A DNA stretch of 64,000 nucleotides from Candidatus Kapaibacterium sp. (GTDB lineage: Bacteria; Bacteroidota; Ignavibacteria; Kapaibacteriales; UBA2268). Location: contig OY761611.1 in assembly GCA_963664875.1 (NCBI GenBank), positions 3,328,001-3,392,000 on the forward strand, read 5' to 3'. Positions 1-10,564 of the stretch are shown here, piece by piece (position 1 is the stretch's first letter; each line of letters opens with the position of its first letter). Both the position numbers and the translations under genes were made by a program. The notes beneath the pieces were generated by a model, which was not told where the DNA came from, did no database searches, and was given only the letters and a program-made list of their open reading frames with translations.

Positions 1-3000
1 CTTTGTCATTTGATCCAATTCTTTGCTTAGTAATATTTCTCTGTCAAAATTATTGCTGTTTTTAGCATCTAATAGCAATTTCCCATAATCATGTTGCTTT
101 TGTTTAAAAGCAATAATATTACTTACTTGTAAGTTTATTTCTTGTACGATTTCTTTTGATGTCAAGACTATTGGTATCCCTAATAAAGGTTCTTTATCAA
201 TCTGATAATTGTCACCTTGCATCTTACCTCTATACTTTAGCCAAAATGCAATTACCTTACTATTGAGAATAGCAGTTAAATATTTTTGATCAATACGCTC
301 CGTCTTGATTACAAAATAAGTTTGAGATACATAGCAATCAAAGTCAGTAAAAGTAAATGTAGGAATTGCACATTTCCTTACCGACATAATTTTCTCTCCT
401 TTGAAAAACTTTTCTTCTCTCGCTCTATGTAAACCATAAGGTTTATTATCAGATGTAATTATTTTTGAAAATTGATCAAGATGTCTTTTAATATTTGGAT
501 ATGGCTCAATTGCTTTAAGATTTTTAAACATTGATCCTGTATATATAACATAATAGTTATGATTGCTGTTTCCCCAGTATCTATGCAATTCCTCAGTAGT
601 ATAGAAAGGTTTTACCAGTTTCATTTCTGTGGGATTTAAGTTTAATTTATTATACTCTTCAAGGCTCAGATTGAATATACCCTGTCCAATCGTAAAATTA
701 TCTCCTAAAATCATGCTATTCTTTCGGTTTAGGAAATCTTGAGGTGGCACAATCCCTTGAGCAACTTCTTCTTTAAGTAGATTCGTATATTGAATTTGGA
801 GAATTTTCTCAATAACCTCTTCAATTGTATTGTTGACAAAGTTAAAAGTGGAGTCTTGAAAAGTAGATTTAGAAATTTTAGCATCAAAATATTCGAATCT
901 ATTATCTACTTTTTTTTGTAAGAAGAGATTGTTTGAAATGTGATCTATTTTACTGTCAAGTACTTTTGCAAATTCAAATTCATACTCATGATTATCGCAA
1001 GTATGCTTCATAATATATATCATCGTTTGAATGCCGGCACTTTCAAAAACTTTAAAATTTCCAAAATCAATAAACTGAATGAGCTTCCCTTTTTCTAAAA
1101 CTATGTTTCTAAATTTTGATGCACCGGAGTTTGTAGTCCAGTTGTTGGGTGCTATAAATCCAATCAATCCGATTTCTTTTTTGCAAATTTCTATTGCTAA
1201 TGCTCCAAAGAAATACCATAAATCCATTTTGCCTTGATAGCAGTAATGATTATGTAATCCGTCAAAAGCACTTTTATTAGTATATTCTTTTACATACGGC
1301 GGATTACCGATAACCACATCAAAGCCGCCATCTTCAAACACATGCGGAAATTCTTCCTGCCAGTTAAAAGCTTTTTCGCCAGCATCGGCAGGGTCATTTA
1401 TAAGCGAATTGCCACATTTGATGTTATTATTAAGTGAGCTTAGCTTGCGTCCTTTTTGTGCAGTTCTAAGCCAGAGTGAAAGTTTTGCTATCTCTACTGC
1501 TTCTTCATTGATATCAACACCAAATATATTTTGTTCCAAAATATGATTTTCTATTTCAAGGAATTGTCGTGTTTGGTTGCTTATTTTAGATTCGATATCA
1601 GAAATGTAATTATGTTCTTCGATTAAAAATTCTAACGTCTGATTTAAGAACGCTCCCGAGCCACAAGCTGGATCAACAATGGTAATATTTAATAACCATT
1701 GTCTGTAGTTGTCTAATTTTTTTAGTAGTTGCTCACCTTTTGCAGAAATTGAAGTTTTTCTCTCTTTTTTAAGAACTTTTTTTTCACCACCTATAGTCTC
1801 TAAATTTACTTTTTCAAGAATAGTTCTCGGATTTTGAAGTGTATAGTTTTCTGACAAGTCTATATCATGTATTCCTAAGGTTGCTTTTTTTTCTTCACAA
1901 AGCTTTCCGACTGTATTTTTAACAATGTATTTTGTAATATACTTTGGTGTATAATAAATACCATCTTTTCGTCTTTTAGTACTCTTTTGTGATATATTAT
2001 TGGATAGTTCGTTCTGTATTTCTTCAATATCGTTCAACGAATGTTCAAAAATATGCCCAAGAATGTTGACATCAATATATTTATTTTGGTTGCTACTATC
2101 TATTGTAGTAGTTGATTTAGAATCAAATATATCGTCATTATTGTTTGTTTCAGAAAAATCATAGTCGCTGAGTTTTTGAGTGTATTCCGCTAACAAATTA
2201 TCGTCGATATGAATTTTATCTAATACCTCGTCAGGAGCAAAAAGTCCACCGTTGTATGCAAAAATATCATGGGGTTTGCCCTTGTGTCCTACATTCAGAT
2301 ACTCAAAGAACTTTTTAAACCTATCATAGAGTGGAATATACGCATCTAAATCTCTTAGAGTTTTCCATTGATTAATAATATCACTGATGCTGTTAGGTGG
2401 GATTAAAAGCCTGTCTTCAGCAAAAAACACAAACAAAAACCTGTCTAATAGCTTCTGTGTTTTCTTGAATAAAACTAACTTATCTCTATCAGGGTTGCTC
2501 TGCACGAGATTATAAAAGATTACATTTCGGAAAGTAGAGTAATCTTTATATAGCAGTTTAGATACTTCCTCTTCATTATGCACCGACTGCTTTTTCATAG
2601 TCAGAGGCACATCCGCAGTCAGATTGTCATGCGATAAGCAGAGCCATAGCAATTTAAATTTTTCTTTTTTGGCATTCATTTCAGCCATATTCTCTGTAAC
2701 CGTTGCTAAGTCAAATAGGTCAAACTCTAAATATTCTACAGTATTTTGAATATAAAACCTGAGCTTTTCGAAATTTGAAGTAATGACATAAATACAGTTC
2801 GGTTGATTATTCTTATACCCGAATGCTTGACTTTCGACCGAATCTAAATTTGGCGTATCAGTACCTTTAAGTTCAATGACAGCGATAGCGTTACCTTCTT
2901 TCAGTATAGCACCATCAGCTCTTTTCGAGTTCGATACATTTCTAAACTCAGTTGTTAAATTGTAATTTTCTGCCGGATTAAGCGTATAGTTAAATATATT

Positions 3001-3186
3001 AACAAATAAATCTCTTAAAAATCCTTCCTGATACTGTTCTTCTTTTAGTCCTCTAATATTTGCTTGTTTTTTAGAATCTCCAAAACAATCTCGGAAATTA
3101 TTAAATTTCTGATCAAGCATATTTTTAGGGTTTTTATCTAAATCTGCTATGTATTTGTTGACTATCGATTTCTGAAAGAGAGCCAT
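1..3186 (-). CDS. Type IIG (Eco57I-like) fused restriction endonuclease/N6-adenine methyltransferase, runs off the window at its 3' end
   Basis: Not in the ORF track. Read manually from ATG at 3186: MALFQKSIVNKYIADL..., RADGAIL..VIELKG (PD-(D/E)xK-like), GIYYTPKYIT, IVDPACGSGAFL (motif I, ~1650-1680), GFDVVIGNPPYV (motif IV, ~1290-1325). I saw no stop in the segments I translated. Confidence 0.9.
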   Translation of the reverse strand, partial: MALFQKSIVNKYIADLDKNPKNMLDQKFNNFRDCFGDSKKQANIRGLKEEQYQEGFLRDLFVNIFNYTLNPAENYNLTTEFRNVSNSKRADGAILKEGNAIAVIELKGTDTPNLDSVESQAFGYKNNQPNCIYVITSNFEKLRFYIQNTVEYLEFDLFDLATVTENMAEMNAKKEKFKLLWLCLSHDNLTADVPLTMKKQSVHNEEEVSKLLYKDYSTFRNVIFYNLVQSNPDRDKLVLFKKTQKLLDRFLFVFFAEDRLLIPPNSISDIINQWKTLRDLDAYIPLYDRFKKFFEYLNVGHKGKPHDIFAYNGGLFAPDEVLDKIHIDDNLLAEYTQKLSDYDFSETNNNDDIFDSKSTTTIDSSNQNKYIDVNILGHIFEHSLNDIEEIQNELSNNISQKSTKRRKDGIYYTPKYITKYIVKNTVGKLCEEKKATLGIHDIDLSENYTLQNPRTILEKVNLETIGGEKKVLKKERKTSISAKGEQLLKKLDNYRQWLLNITIVDPACGSGAFLNQTLEFLIEEHNYISDIESKISNQTRQFLEIENHILEQNIFGVDINEEAVEIAKLSLWLRTAQKGRKLSSLNNNIKCGNSLINDPADAGEKAFNWQEEFPHVFEDGGFDVVIGNPPYVKEYTNKSAFDGLHNHYCYQGKMDLWYFFGALAIEICKKEIGLIGFIAPNNWTTNSGASKFRNIVLEKGKLIQFIDFGNFKVFESAGIQTMIYIMKHTCDNHEYEFEFAKVLDSKIDHISNNLFLQKKVDNRFEYFDAKISKSTFQDSTFNFVNNTIEEVIEKILQIQYTNLLKEEVAQGIVPPQDFLNRKNSMILGDNFTIGQGIFNLSLEEYNKLNLNPTEMKLVKPFYTTEELHRYWGNSNHNYYVIYTGSMFKNLKAIEPYPNIKRHLDQFSKIITSDNKPYGLHRAREEKFFKGEKIMSVRKCAIPTFTFTDFDCYVSQTYFVIKTERIDQKYLTAILNSKVIAFWLKYRGKMQGDNYQIDKEPLLGIPIVLTSKEIVQEINLQVSNIIAFKQKQHDYGKLLLDAKNSNNFDREILLSKELDQMTK

Positions 3187-3471
3187 ATCTATTTCTCAAT
3201 TTTTATTTATTATAATCAATATACAAAGATAAGAAAATCGATGGAATGCAGGCAAGAAAATAAGATAAGGATTTACACAATTGAGAGTCATTTTTAAGGT
3301 TATAAGAGATTTGTAAGTCGCAATCAAAAATAATTACATATTGAATTATTGAACAATGGGCTTTAGCCCCTTGCCAAGAAACAAGATAACGACAAGTATT
3401 GATTTTTCTAATGACATTTATCGGTTTATAATAGATATGCAATGATAAGAAAAGCGATATAAAACTCAACA

Positions 3472-3512
3472 CAAAAAGCGACTTACCTCTTCAAAAGATA
3501 AGTCGCTTTTTG
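3472..3512. terminator. Bidirectional intrinsic terminator downstream of pmbA
   Basis: CAAAAAGCGACTTA...TAAGTCGCTTTTTG inverted repeat with A/T tracts. Confidence 0.8.
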
Positions 3513-3542
3513 AATCTTGTAGCAATCTACTATATGTAGTTC

Positions 3543-4865
3543 CTACTTACCTGACAATGTCATACCTTCTACCAAAATAGTTGGGGCAGTAGTGGAGCGT
3601 TTAGTGTCCAAATCGTTACCAATCATTTTGATATTTTTAAGTATGCTGCCCATGTTGCCTGAGAAAGTAATTTCTTTCACAGGGTAAGTGAGTTTGCCGT
3701 TTTCTATCCAAATGCCGTAACAGCCTTTGGAAATATCGCCGCTTGTAGGCACTGTACCCTGACCTATTGTTTTAGTAAGGTAGAGGCCTTTGTCCACAGA
3801 TTTGATAATGTCTTCCGGAGAGTGTTTGCCCGGAGCAAGTACAAAGTTAGTTGTTCCCGAAGCGTGACCTGTTGACTTCAAACCGAGTTTTCTTGCGGAG
3901 TATGTAGAAAGCAAAAAGCTAAGTAATTTGCCGTCTTTGATGATATCTACATGACGCGAAGGCACACCTTCACCGTCATAAGGCTGCGAACCCGTGCGGC
4001 CTGCAAGAGTGCCGTCATCAAAAATATGAAGATCTTTTGCAGCTATTTCTTTGCCAAGCATATCAGCAAGGAAAGTAGTTTTCATGTAAGCAGCACTTCC
4101 GCTCAGACATTCAGCTAAAAAGCCCAGTAGTGAAGATGCCATGCGGTTGTCAAAAACTATAGGTACTTTTTGAGTTTCAATTTTTCTTGCACCCAAAAGC
4201 ATAGTAGTTTTTTCAATTGCCTTATTCGAAATTTCCTCTAATGACATTAGCTCTTTAGGGCTACGAGCACTGTCCCACCATCCGTCTTCGTTGATGTTAT
4301 CGCCTTCGCCTGCCTGACCGTAAAAGCTGTAGTAAATGCTTGACTGCTTGTATGATTCGCTAAATCCGTTGGAATTGGCAAGGAAGCTTTCGCCAACATA
4401 TCTGCCGGCACTTGAGCCACCTGAGCGAGCCATGCGCTTATCAGCCATAGTCATTTTTTCGAGCTTAAGAGCGTTTTGAATCATTTCTTCAGGTTTGACA
4501 TTTTCAACTGAAGCATCATAGAGTTTTAGACTTTCAGCAGAAACGTTAAGAGCCTCTTTTTCAGGAAGAGCCGAAAATTCGTCAGCACTGCCGTAAGTAG
4601 CTCTTTCTATAGCATTTTTAGCCATAGTCTGCAAAGTATCCATATTCATATCGGAAGAAGAAGCATTAGCAACTTTGTTATCTTTGATTACTTTCAAAGA
4701 TAGCCCTGCAGAGCCTGCATTACTAAGGTTTTCGATATTGCCTTCTCTGATTTCGGCAGAGAAACGAGTGCCTGTGCCAATAGAAACCTGCACTTGGTCA
4801 GCACCGTTTTTGCGGGCAAACTGAACTAAGTTTTCAGCAATTTGTTTGTAGTTTACCTGAGCCAT
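3543..4865 (-). CDS. pmbA: PmbA/TldE family protein
   Basis: PYDGEGVP motif, G-x-x-I-E-N-G C-terminal pattern, no HExxxH; translationally coupled to tldD. Confidence 0.88.
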   Translation of the reverse strand: MAQVNYKQIAENLVQFARKNGADQVQVSIGTGTRFSAEIREGNIENLSNAGSAGLSLKVIKDNKVANASSSDMNMDTLQTMAKNAIERATYGSADEFSALPEKEALNVSAESLKLYDASVENVKPEEMIQNALKLEKMTMADKRMARSGGSSAGRYVGESFLANSNGFSESYKQSSIYYSFYGQAGEGDNINEDGWWDSARSPKELMSLEEISNKAIEKTTMLLGARKIETQKVPIVFDNRMASSLLGFLAECLSGSAAYMKTTFLADMLGKEIAAKDLHIFDDGTLAGRTGSQPYDGEGVPSRHVDIIKDGKLLSFLLSTYSARKLGLKSTGHASGTTNFVLAPGKHSPEDIIKSVDKGLYLTKTIGQGTVPTSGDISKGCYGIWIENGKLTYPVKEITFSGNMGSILKNIKMIGNDLDTKRSTTAPTILVEGMTLSGK

Positions 4866-6391
4866 TACGCTATACCTCCGACAGTCATTTCACTAATTCT
4901 CAAAGAAGGAGTGCCGCAAGTAACAGGGACACTCTGTCCGTCCTTACCGCAAGTACCAAGGAAGAATCCCATATCGTTACCAATCATATCGATATTATTT
5001 AAAATTTCGATATTGGAACCGATAAGTGTAGCATTTTTCAATGGATGAGTAAGTTTGCCGTTTTCAATCATATAGCCTAAGTTTACAGAGAAAGTAAACT
5101 GACCTGTGCCGTTCACCATACCGCCTTGGTAGGTAACCGCATAGAAACCTTTTTTCACTGAAGAGATGATTTCTTCAGGGTCTTTGTCTCCGCCTGCAAG
5201 GATAGTATTATTCATACGAGGTATAGGCATGTGGCGATATGATTCTCTTCTTGCGTGACCGTTGCGTTTCATTTTCAATTGCTGAGAAGAAAGTCTGTCA
5301 TGAAGGAAGCCGACAAGTTTGCCTTTTTCGATAAGCATTGCATTTTCGGAATTCATACCTTCATCGTCAATATTCAAAGAGCCTCTATAGTCAGGAATAG
5401 TACCGTCATCATAGATAGTAACAAGTGGGTTGGCAACCATCTGGTTTACTTTGTCCCACATGATAGAAGTTTTTTTCCAGTTTGCATCGCCTTCGAGTGG
5501 GTGACCCACAGCTTCATGAATCATCACACCTGATTGGTCTTTGCTGAGAACAACCTGCATCTGACCTGCCGGAGCATCTTTTGCTTTAAGAAGTTCGAGA
5601 GCTTCTTTGGCAGCATCCTCACCGATTTTTTCAGGAGTAGAGACTTTAGCATAGAAGTCCATACCAACTCTACCGCCGTCATTGCCGCGACCTGTGTTAC
5701 GGATGCCTTTATCTTCGGCTGTCGCAGAAACAACAAGTCTCACCTGAGGCCGAGTATCGGAAATAACAAGACCGTCACTATTTGCGATAGTAACATATTG
5801 CATTTCGTCAGCAAGAGAAGCAGATACTTTTTTGATTTTGCTGTCGTGATTTAGTGCAGATTTATAAGCTCTTGTTACCAAATCAATTTTAGTTTTGATA
5901 GATTGGTCAACAAAAGAGTTGTTCATATCATAAACCTGAACAGCAGGATTTTTTACCATCAGAGGAGCGATTTGCTGTTTAGCATTGCTGTTAGCAATAG
6001 CAGCAGCAGTCAGCATAGCTTCTTTGATTTTTTCGAAAGTGAGTTCGTTCGTGTAGCCGTAGCCGGTTTGAGCACCGTTTAAGACACGTACACCAACACC
6101 AAGCGAGATACTTTCGCTTGAGTTTTTGATAATATCTTCGGACATCACCACAGAATTGGAGATGCTGTACTCGAAGTAAAGTTCGGAGAAATCTCCGCCT
6201 TTAGAAAGCCCAAGACTCAAAAGCTGTTTGAGCTGTTCGTTCGAGATACCAAATTTTTCGGGAATCATCATATTAGAATTCTCCGGCATAAGTGCAGATG
6301 CGATATTTTTATTAATCAGCCCGGCAGCCATTACAGCTCCGGCACCGGCACCGCATTTTTTCAGGAAATCCCTACGGTTGAGTTCACTCAT
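4865..6391 (-). CDS. tldD: TldD family metalloprotease with Tat signal peptide
   Basis: HEAVGHPLEGD (HExxGH), DDEG, PIPRMNNT, GTCGKDGQSVPV. N-terminal NRRDFLK. Start placed at MSELNRR (6391); ORF track starts at 6403. Confidence 0.92.
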   Translation of the reverse strand: MSELNRRDFLKKCGAGAGAVMAAGLINKNIASALMPENSNMMIPEKFGISNEQLKQLLSLGLSKGGDFSELYFEYSISNSVVMSEDIIKNSSESISLGVGVRVLNGAQTGYGYTNELTFEKIKEAMLTAAAIANSNAKQQIAPLMVKNPAVQVYDMNNSFVDQSIKTKIDLVTRAYKSALNHDSKIKKVSASLADEMQYVTIANSDGLVISDTRPQVRLVVSATAEDKGIRNTGRGNDGGRVGMDFYAKVSTPEKIGEDAAKEALELLKAKDAPAGQMQVVLSKDQSGVMIHEAVGHPLEGDANWKKTSIMWDKVNQMVANPLVTIYDDGTIPDYRGSLNIDDEGMNSENAMLIEKGKLVGFLHDRLSSQQLKMKRNGHARRESYRHMPIPRMNNTILAGGDKDPEEIISSVKKGFYAVTYQGGMVNGTGQFTFSVNLGYMIENGKLTHPLKNATLIGSNIEILNNIDMIGNDMGFFLGTCGKDGQSVPVTCGTPSLRISEMTVGGIA

Positions 6392-6623
6392 TATAAACTC
6401 CATAATATATAAAACTTATAGTATTGTTTCCCCGGAATACTATTATAAATAGTACGCAATAAATCCTTAGAAGTTAGAGAAAAAAGCTAAGAAATGCAAT
6501 GGAAAAGTCAGATGATGATACCCTGTCGAAAATGTGAAATAATAATTTAAATATCTTACAGAAAATGTTGTAATTTACGTCTTACCGAAATGAACTTATT
6601 TTCCTAAAATCCGAGTGGAATCA

Positions 6624-7892
6624 ATGAAAAAGAAATTCGCTATATGTGCGATGTTGCTTTTGGGGTGTATTGTATGTACTCCAAATTTGCAGGCACAAAA
6701 TGTGGGTATAAATGAAAATGGCGGAGCTCCTCACGCCAGCGCGATGCTTGATGTGGAATCTGCATCAAAGGGGATACTTATCCCTCGAATAGACTATAAC
6801 GATAAACCGGCAAATCCGGCAAACGGATTGCTGATTTATGTTACTGCTAACGGCCCTCTTGGCAATAATGCTTTCTACTATTACAATGGATCGGAATGGT
6901 TAGTCTTTGACCAGTGGTCTGTTTCGGGTTCTAACATTTACTACGATTCAGGTAGTGTAACCGTTGGAAATGCAGATGCAGTTGATCCTGCTGTCGCTAA
7001 AATGAAAGTACATGGTGGGATTGCCTTTACGGGAGCAAATCAATCTAATACAAAAGGACTTCTATACTACAATTCAACCGCTGGTGCGGATGGCAGAGGT
7101 GCATTCCAATATATTGACCAAAACAGTCAGGTAAAAACCATCGGTACAGGCACCATCGAAACAAATGGAAATCCGGGTTCAGAGACAGATGATTTTATCA
7201 GGATGGAAGATTTAATTATACTAGGTTCAATGTCCGTCGGTAGAAATGCAGAGTATAATTATGATTTCCAATACAATACGCTTGTATTGCAGGATGACAT
7301 TATTCGTATGCTATTTGATGATACAAGTAATTCCGCTACCTTTCCTAATAATGACTGGATGATAGAGATAAACTCTGCTGCTCAGGGTGGTAAAAACTAC
7401 TTTGCAATTAAAGATGTTACAGCAAATAAATACCCTTTTATGATAGAAGCTCCCGGTGTTGACCATGCTTTTTATATAAAAAGTAATAACATTGGTTTGG
7501 GAACTGATAACCCCGCCAAGCAGCTTCACTTAGTCAACGGTACAAACCCAACCATTCGCTTTGAGCAGGACGGTAGCGATGCAAATACTCCTCAAATCTG
7601 GGATGTGCAGGCAAATAATGCTAAACTATCATTTGTAGATGTTACAAATTCTAATACTGAAGCTATCGTGATCGAGCAGGGTGCTCCTACTGCATCGTTA
7701 CATGTGGATTCTAACGGCAACACCGGATTTGGTACAGCCACTCCTGCAAGAAGTGTACATGTATCAACTGCAATGAAATTAGAACCACAAAACTCTGCAC
7801 CGGCTAATCCAAGCAAAGGCGATTTGTACTTTGATAATAACGATAACAAACTTAAATGTTATGATGGTACACAATGGCAAAACTGCTGGTAA
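6624..7892 (+). CDS. Secreted fibre-like (G-x-G-T-x-x-P repeat) surface protein, paralogue A
   Basis: Signal peptide ending LQAQ, QNVGIN..P.ASAMLDVES..KGILIPR domain, GLGTDNP/GFGTATP repeats, C-terminus CYDGTQWQNCW. Confidence 0.65.
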   Translation: MKKKFAICAMLLLGCIVCTPNLQAQNVGINENGGAPHASAMLDVESASKGILIPRIDYNDKPANPANGLLIYVTANGPLGNNAFYYYNGSEWLVFDQWSVSGSNIYYDSGSVTVGNADAVDPAVAKMKVHGGIAFTGANQSNTKGLLYYNSTAGADGRGAFQYIDQNSQVKTIGTGTIETNGNPGSETDDFIRMEDLIILGSMSVGRNAEYNYDFQYNTLVLQDDIIRMLFDDTSNSATFPNNDWMIEINSAAQGGKNYFAIKDVTANKYPFMIEAPGVDHAFYIKSNNIGLGTDNPAKQLHLVNGTNPTIRFEQDGSDANTPQIWDVQANNAKLSFVDVTNSNTEAIVIEQGAPTASLHVDSNGNTGFGTATPARSVHVSTAMKLEPQNSAPANPSKGDLYFDNNDNKLKCYDGTQWQNCW

Positions 7893-7904
7893 GGGAGAGT
7901 AAAA

Positions 7905-8753
7905 ATGAAAACAATTATTCTCTTTTTGACCTTATGTAGTACGTTTGCTTTCTCCCAAGGGCTTTATAACAACGGTGCTAAGATTGTTGTGCAAAGTGGT
8001 GGGAATATTTACGTAAACGGCAACTACCAGGCAGAATCCATAAGCGGAAATCATGCTGAAATAGATTTGGATGGTGATTTCTTTTTGGCAGGTAATTTCG
8101 AAAACAATGTTAGTGCAGGTAATGGTTTTTTAAGGCAAGACTTAGACGGCACGCTTCACATTGTAGGAGCAACACCACAATACTGGCTGGGAACGAATAT
8201 TAATCTTTTAGAATTGGAAAATCTGACTCTCGCGTCCGATGCATATATGGATTTTTCTTTATTAGGAGTTACAGTCTATGGCTCTATGGCTCTGAATGGG
8301 AATACGTTCCAGGCTAAAGTAGGAGATGTAGATTTCGAAGTCATAGGTACTATCTCAGGAAGCGGTTTATTTGATGTTTCTGAGGCAGGGCACTTAGTTA
8401 GGACTCCTGCACAAAATACACCATTGCTATTTCCGATTGGTGATGGGAACTATAATGAATCCGTAACCATCACTTGCCTAAATGTGCCTTCTGAGCAAAT
8501 CATGGTAAAAATAAGCAGTGAACCTGTGACCTCTTCATATTTTCTTTGGGACATAGATGGGGAGTCAAACCTGAATGCGACTGCACTTTTCAGAATAGAC
8601 AAAACAGCAATAAGTGCTGCCAATCCTCTGCTTAATAATATGTTGCGTTATTATAACGGTGTCCGCTATGTACCGTTTTCAGATGAAAGAGTAACTATTT
8701 CTGATATGGATACATATTTTAATATCACAATTACTTCGATAAATCAATTTTAG
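7905..8753 (+). CDS. Secreted hypothetical protein (beta-rich)
   Basis: 282-aa ORF with signal peptide (AFSQ), in operon. Confidence 0.65.
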   Translation: MKTIILFLTLCSTFAFSQGLYNNGAKIVVQSGGNIYVNGNYQAESISGNHAEIDLDGDFFLAGNFENNVSAGNGFLRQDLDGTLHIVGATPQYWLGTNINLLELENLTLASDAYMDFSLLGVTVYGSMALNGNTFQAKVGDVDFEVIGTISGSGLFDVSEAGHLVRTPAQNTPLLFPIGDGNYNESVTITCLNVPSEQIMVKISSEPVTSSYFLWDIDGESNLNATALFRIDKTAISAANPLLNNMLRYYNGVRYVPFSDERVTISDMDTYFNITITSINQF

Positions 8754-8761
8754 AGACAAAT

Positions 8762-9220
8762 ATGAAATATATAATAGGTTTGATTATTGGATTGATTTTG
8801 ACTATCGGGGCATTTGCACAGATAGGTGTTTTCAATTCAATTATATCAACAAATACTATAGAGAACGTTCAGGCGACATCTTTTCAATCTGGTGGCACTT
8901 TATCGTTACTTGCTACAGATCCTGATGTTACTGAGTGGGGCATTTGCTGGAATTCTACAGGGACACCGACTACCGCAGATTCGAAAGTCAGCCAAACAGG
9001 TACTATGCGTACAGGCTCCTATACTTTAACTGCGACAGGAATGGCTGTTTACGGCAATCCTTTTTACGTAAGGTCTTATGCAATAAATACTGACGGCATA
9101 TATTACGGACAGGAAATTTATTTTTCAGTTGTTCCTACTTTGCCTGAATGGGGATTGATTGCTTTAGGAGCTTCTTTGCTTATAGGTGGCGGCTGGTTTA
9201 TGTATAGGAGGGTATTATAA
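8762..9220 (+). CDS. IPTL-CTERM sorting-domain protein with FN3-like domain
   Basis: C-terminus VPTLPEWGLIALGASLLIGGGWFMYRRVL; internal WGICWNSTGTPT..YVRSYAIN..G..YG motif. Confidence 0.75.
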   Translation: MKYIIGLIIGLILTIGAFAQIGVFNSIISTNTIENVQATSFQSGGTLSLLATDPDVTEWGICWNSTGTPTTADSKVSQTGTMRTGSYTLTATGMAVYGNPFYVRSYAINTDGIYYGQEIYFSVVPTLPEWGLIALGASLLIGGGWFMYRRVL

Positions 9221-10551
9221 TGAAAAAGATTATAATCCTTATGTTACTGATTTCTGTTTCAGCGCTTTATTCTCAAAGTGTAAGTATCTCATCTGACGGT
9301 GCGGCACCAGATCCGAGTGCAATTTTAGATATTCAGTCGTCTGACAAAGGAGTTTTATTTCCTCGTGTAGATTTTTATAAACTGCCTTCAGGCACAAATG
9401 GTTTGCTTGCTTACATACTGGAAAACGGCTTTAATGGGAATGGAACTTTTTATGGATATTTTGGGACGTGGCATTCTATAAACAAATGGGGACAAGCCGG
9501 AAGCAATATATATTATAATAATGGCAAAGTTGCAATCGGGGTAGCCCCAAATTCAATTGACCCATTAAAGGTTTCAGGCGGCATTCTGTTTGAAGGGAAT
9601 GCAACAAGCATTACTCCAGGGTTGCTTTTTTACAATAGTGTTGACGAAAAATTCTACTATTATGACAATACCTCTACTGTACAGGAACTTGGCGAAAATG
9701 TTGTTACTGCCACATATCCAAGACCATTACTTGCAGGGACTGGATCTGTTTACAATGGATTGAGGCAACAGATTACTCCAATTTATCAACAACCCATTAT
9801 TCCGCCGGAACTAATAATCATAGGATATGATACTACATACGTTGATAATTATGTGACCAACGATACCTTAGGGCAGGATTTTATCTTGAAAGGAAGATTA
9901 GGAATCGGAATGGATTGTAATAATGGAGAAAACTTTGGTCAGGAACAAATTAAACTGAAAGAAAATAATCTTAGACTCTGCTTTGACGATAACAGTGATG
10001 ACGATGTAAATAATAACTGGATTATTGAAGCCAACCAATCATCAAATGGAGGTAAGAACTATTTTGCTTTTGGGGATTTTACAGATTCCACTTATAACTT
10101 TGTAGTAGAAAGTCAAAACAGAACTCATGCTGCTTATTTACTTGGGACTAATCTTGGAATAGGAACTCAGTTCCCACAGACTCAAATGCACTTGGTTTAT
10201 TCTGAATCTATTTCACTCCGTTTAGAACAGGATGAATCTGATGAGAATACTGCTCAGGTATGGGATGTAAGCTTTGATGATACAGGAATAACTATTGCTG
10301 ATGTTACCAATTCTAATGAAACTCCTGTTTTTATTGCTTCAAAAGTTGAAAATGCTATCTATATCGATGCAAATGGTAATGTTGGAATCGGAACAGATAA
10401 TCCAACAAGAGATTTACATATTAATGGGGCGGTTAGAATGGAACCTCAATCAGCCGTACCTGCAAATCCAAGCAAAGGTGATATCTATTTTGATGACAAC
10501 GATAACAAGATGAAATGCTATGACGGCACTCAGTGGCAAAACCTTTGGTAA
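9220..10551 (+). CDS. Secreted fibre-like surface protein, paralogue B
   Basis: Collinear similarity with 6624..7892 (SAILDIQSSDKGVLFPR, NNWIIEANQSSNGGKNYF, PANPSKGDIYFD, CYDGTQWQNLW). Confidence 0.65.
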   Translation: MKKIIILMLLISVSALYSQSVSISSDGAAPDPSAILDIQSSDKGVLFPRVDFYKLPSGTNGLLAYILENGFNGNGTFYGYFGTWHSINKWGQAGSNIYYNNGKVAIGVAPNSIDPLKVSGGILFEGNATSITPGLLFYNSVDEKFYYYDNTSTVQELGENVVTATYPRPLLAGTGSVYNGLRQQITPIYQQPIIPPELIIIGYDTTYVDNYVTNDTLGQDFILKGRLGIGMDCNNGENFGQEQIKLKENNLRLCFDDNSDDDVNNNWIIEANQSSNGGKNYFAFGDFTDSTYNFVVESQNRTHAAYLLGTNLGIGTQFPQTQMHLVYSESISLRLEQDESDENTAQVWDVSFDDTGITIADVTNSNETPVFIASKVENAIYIDANGNVGIGTDNPTRDLHINGAVRMEPQSAVPANPSKGDIYFDDNDNKMKCYDGTQWQNLW

Positions 10552-10564
10552 GGAAAGAAATAGT

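Noticed and set aside
3203-3472. 89-aa ORF upstream of the type IIG gene as a controller protein
   Set aside because: No HTH pattern, non-ATG start, composition typical of intergenic DNA
6624-10551. Prophage tail-fibre region
   Set aside because: The proteins have signal peptides and no phage structural, lysis or integrase genes are nearby
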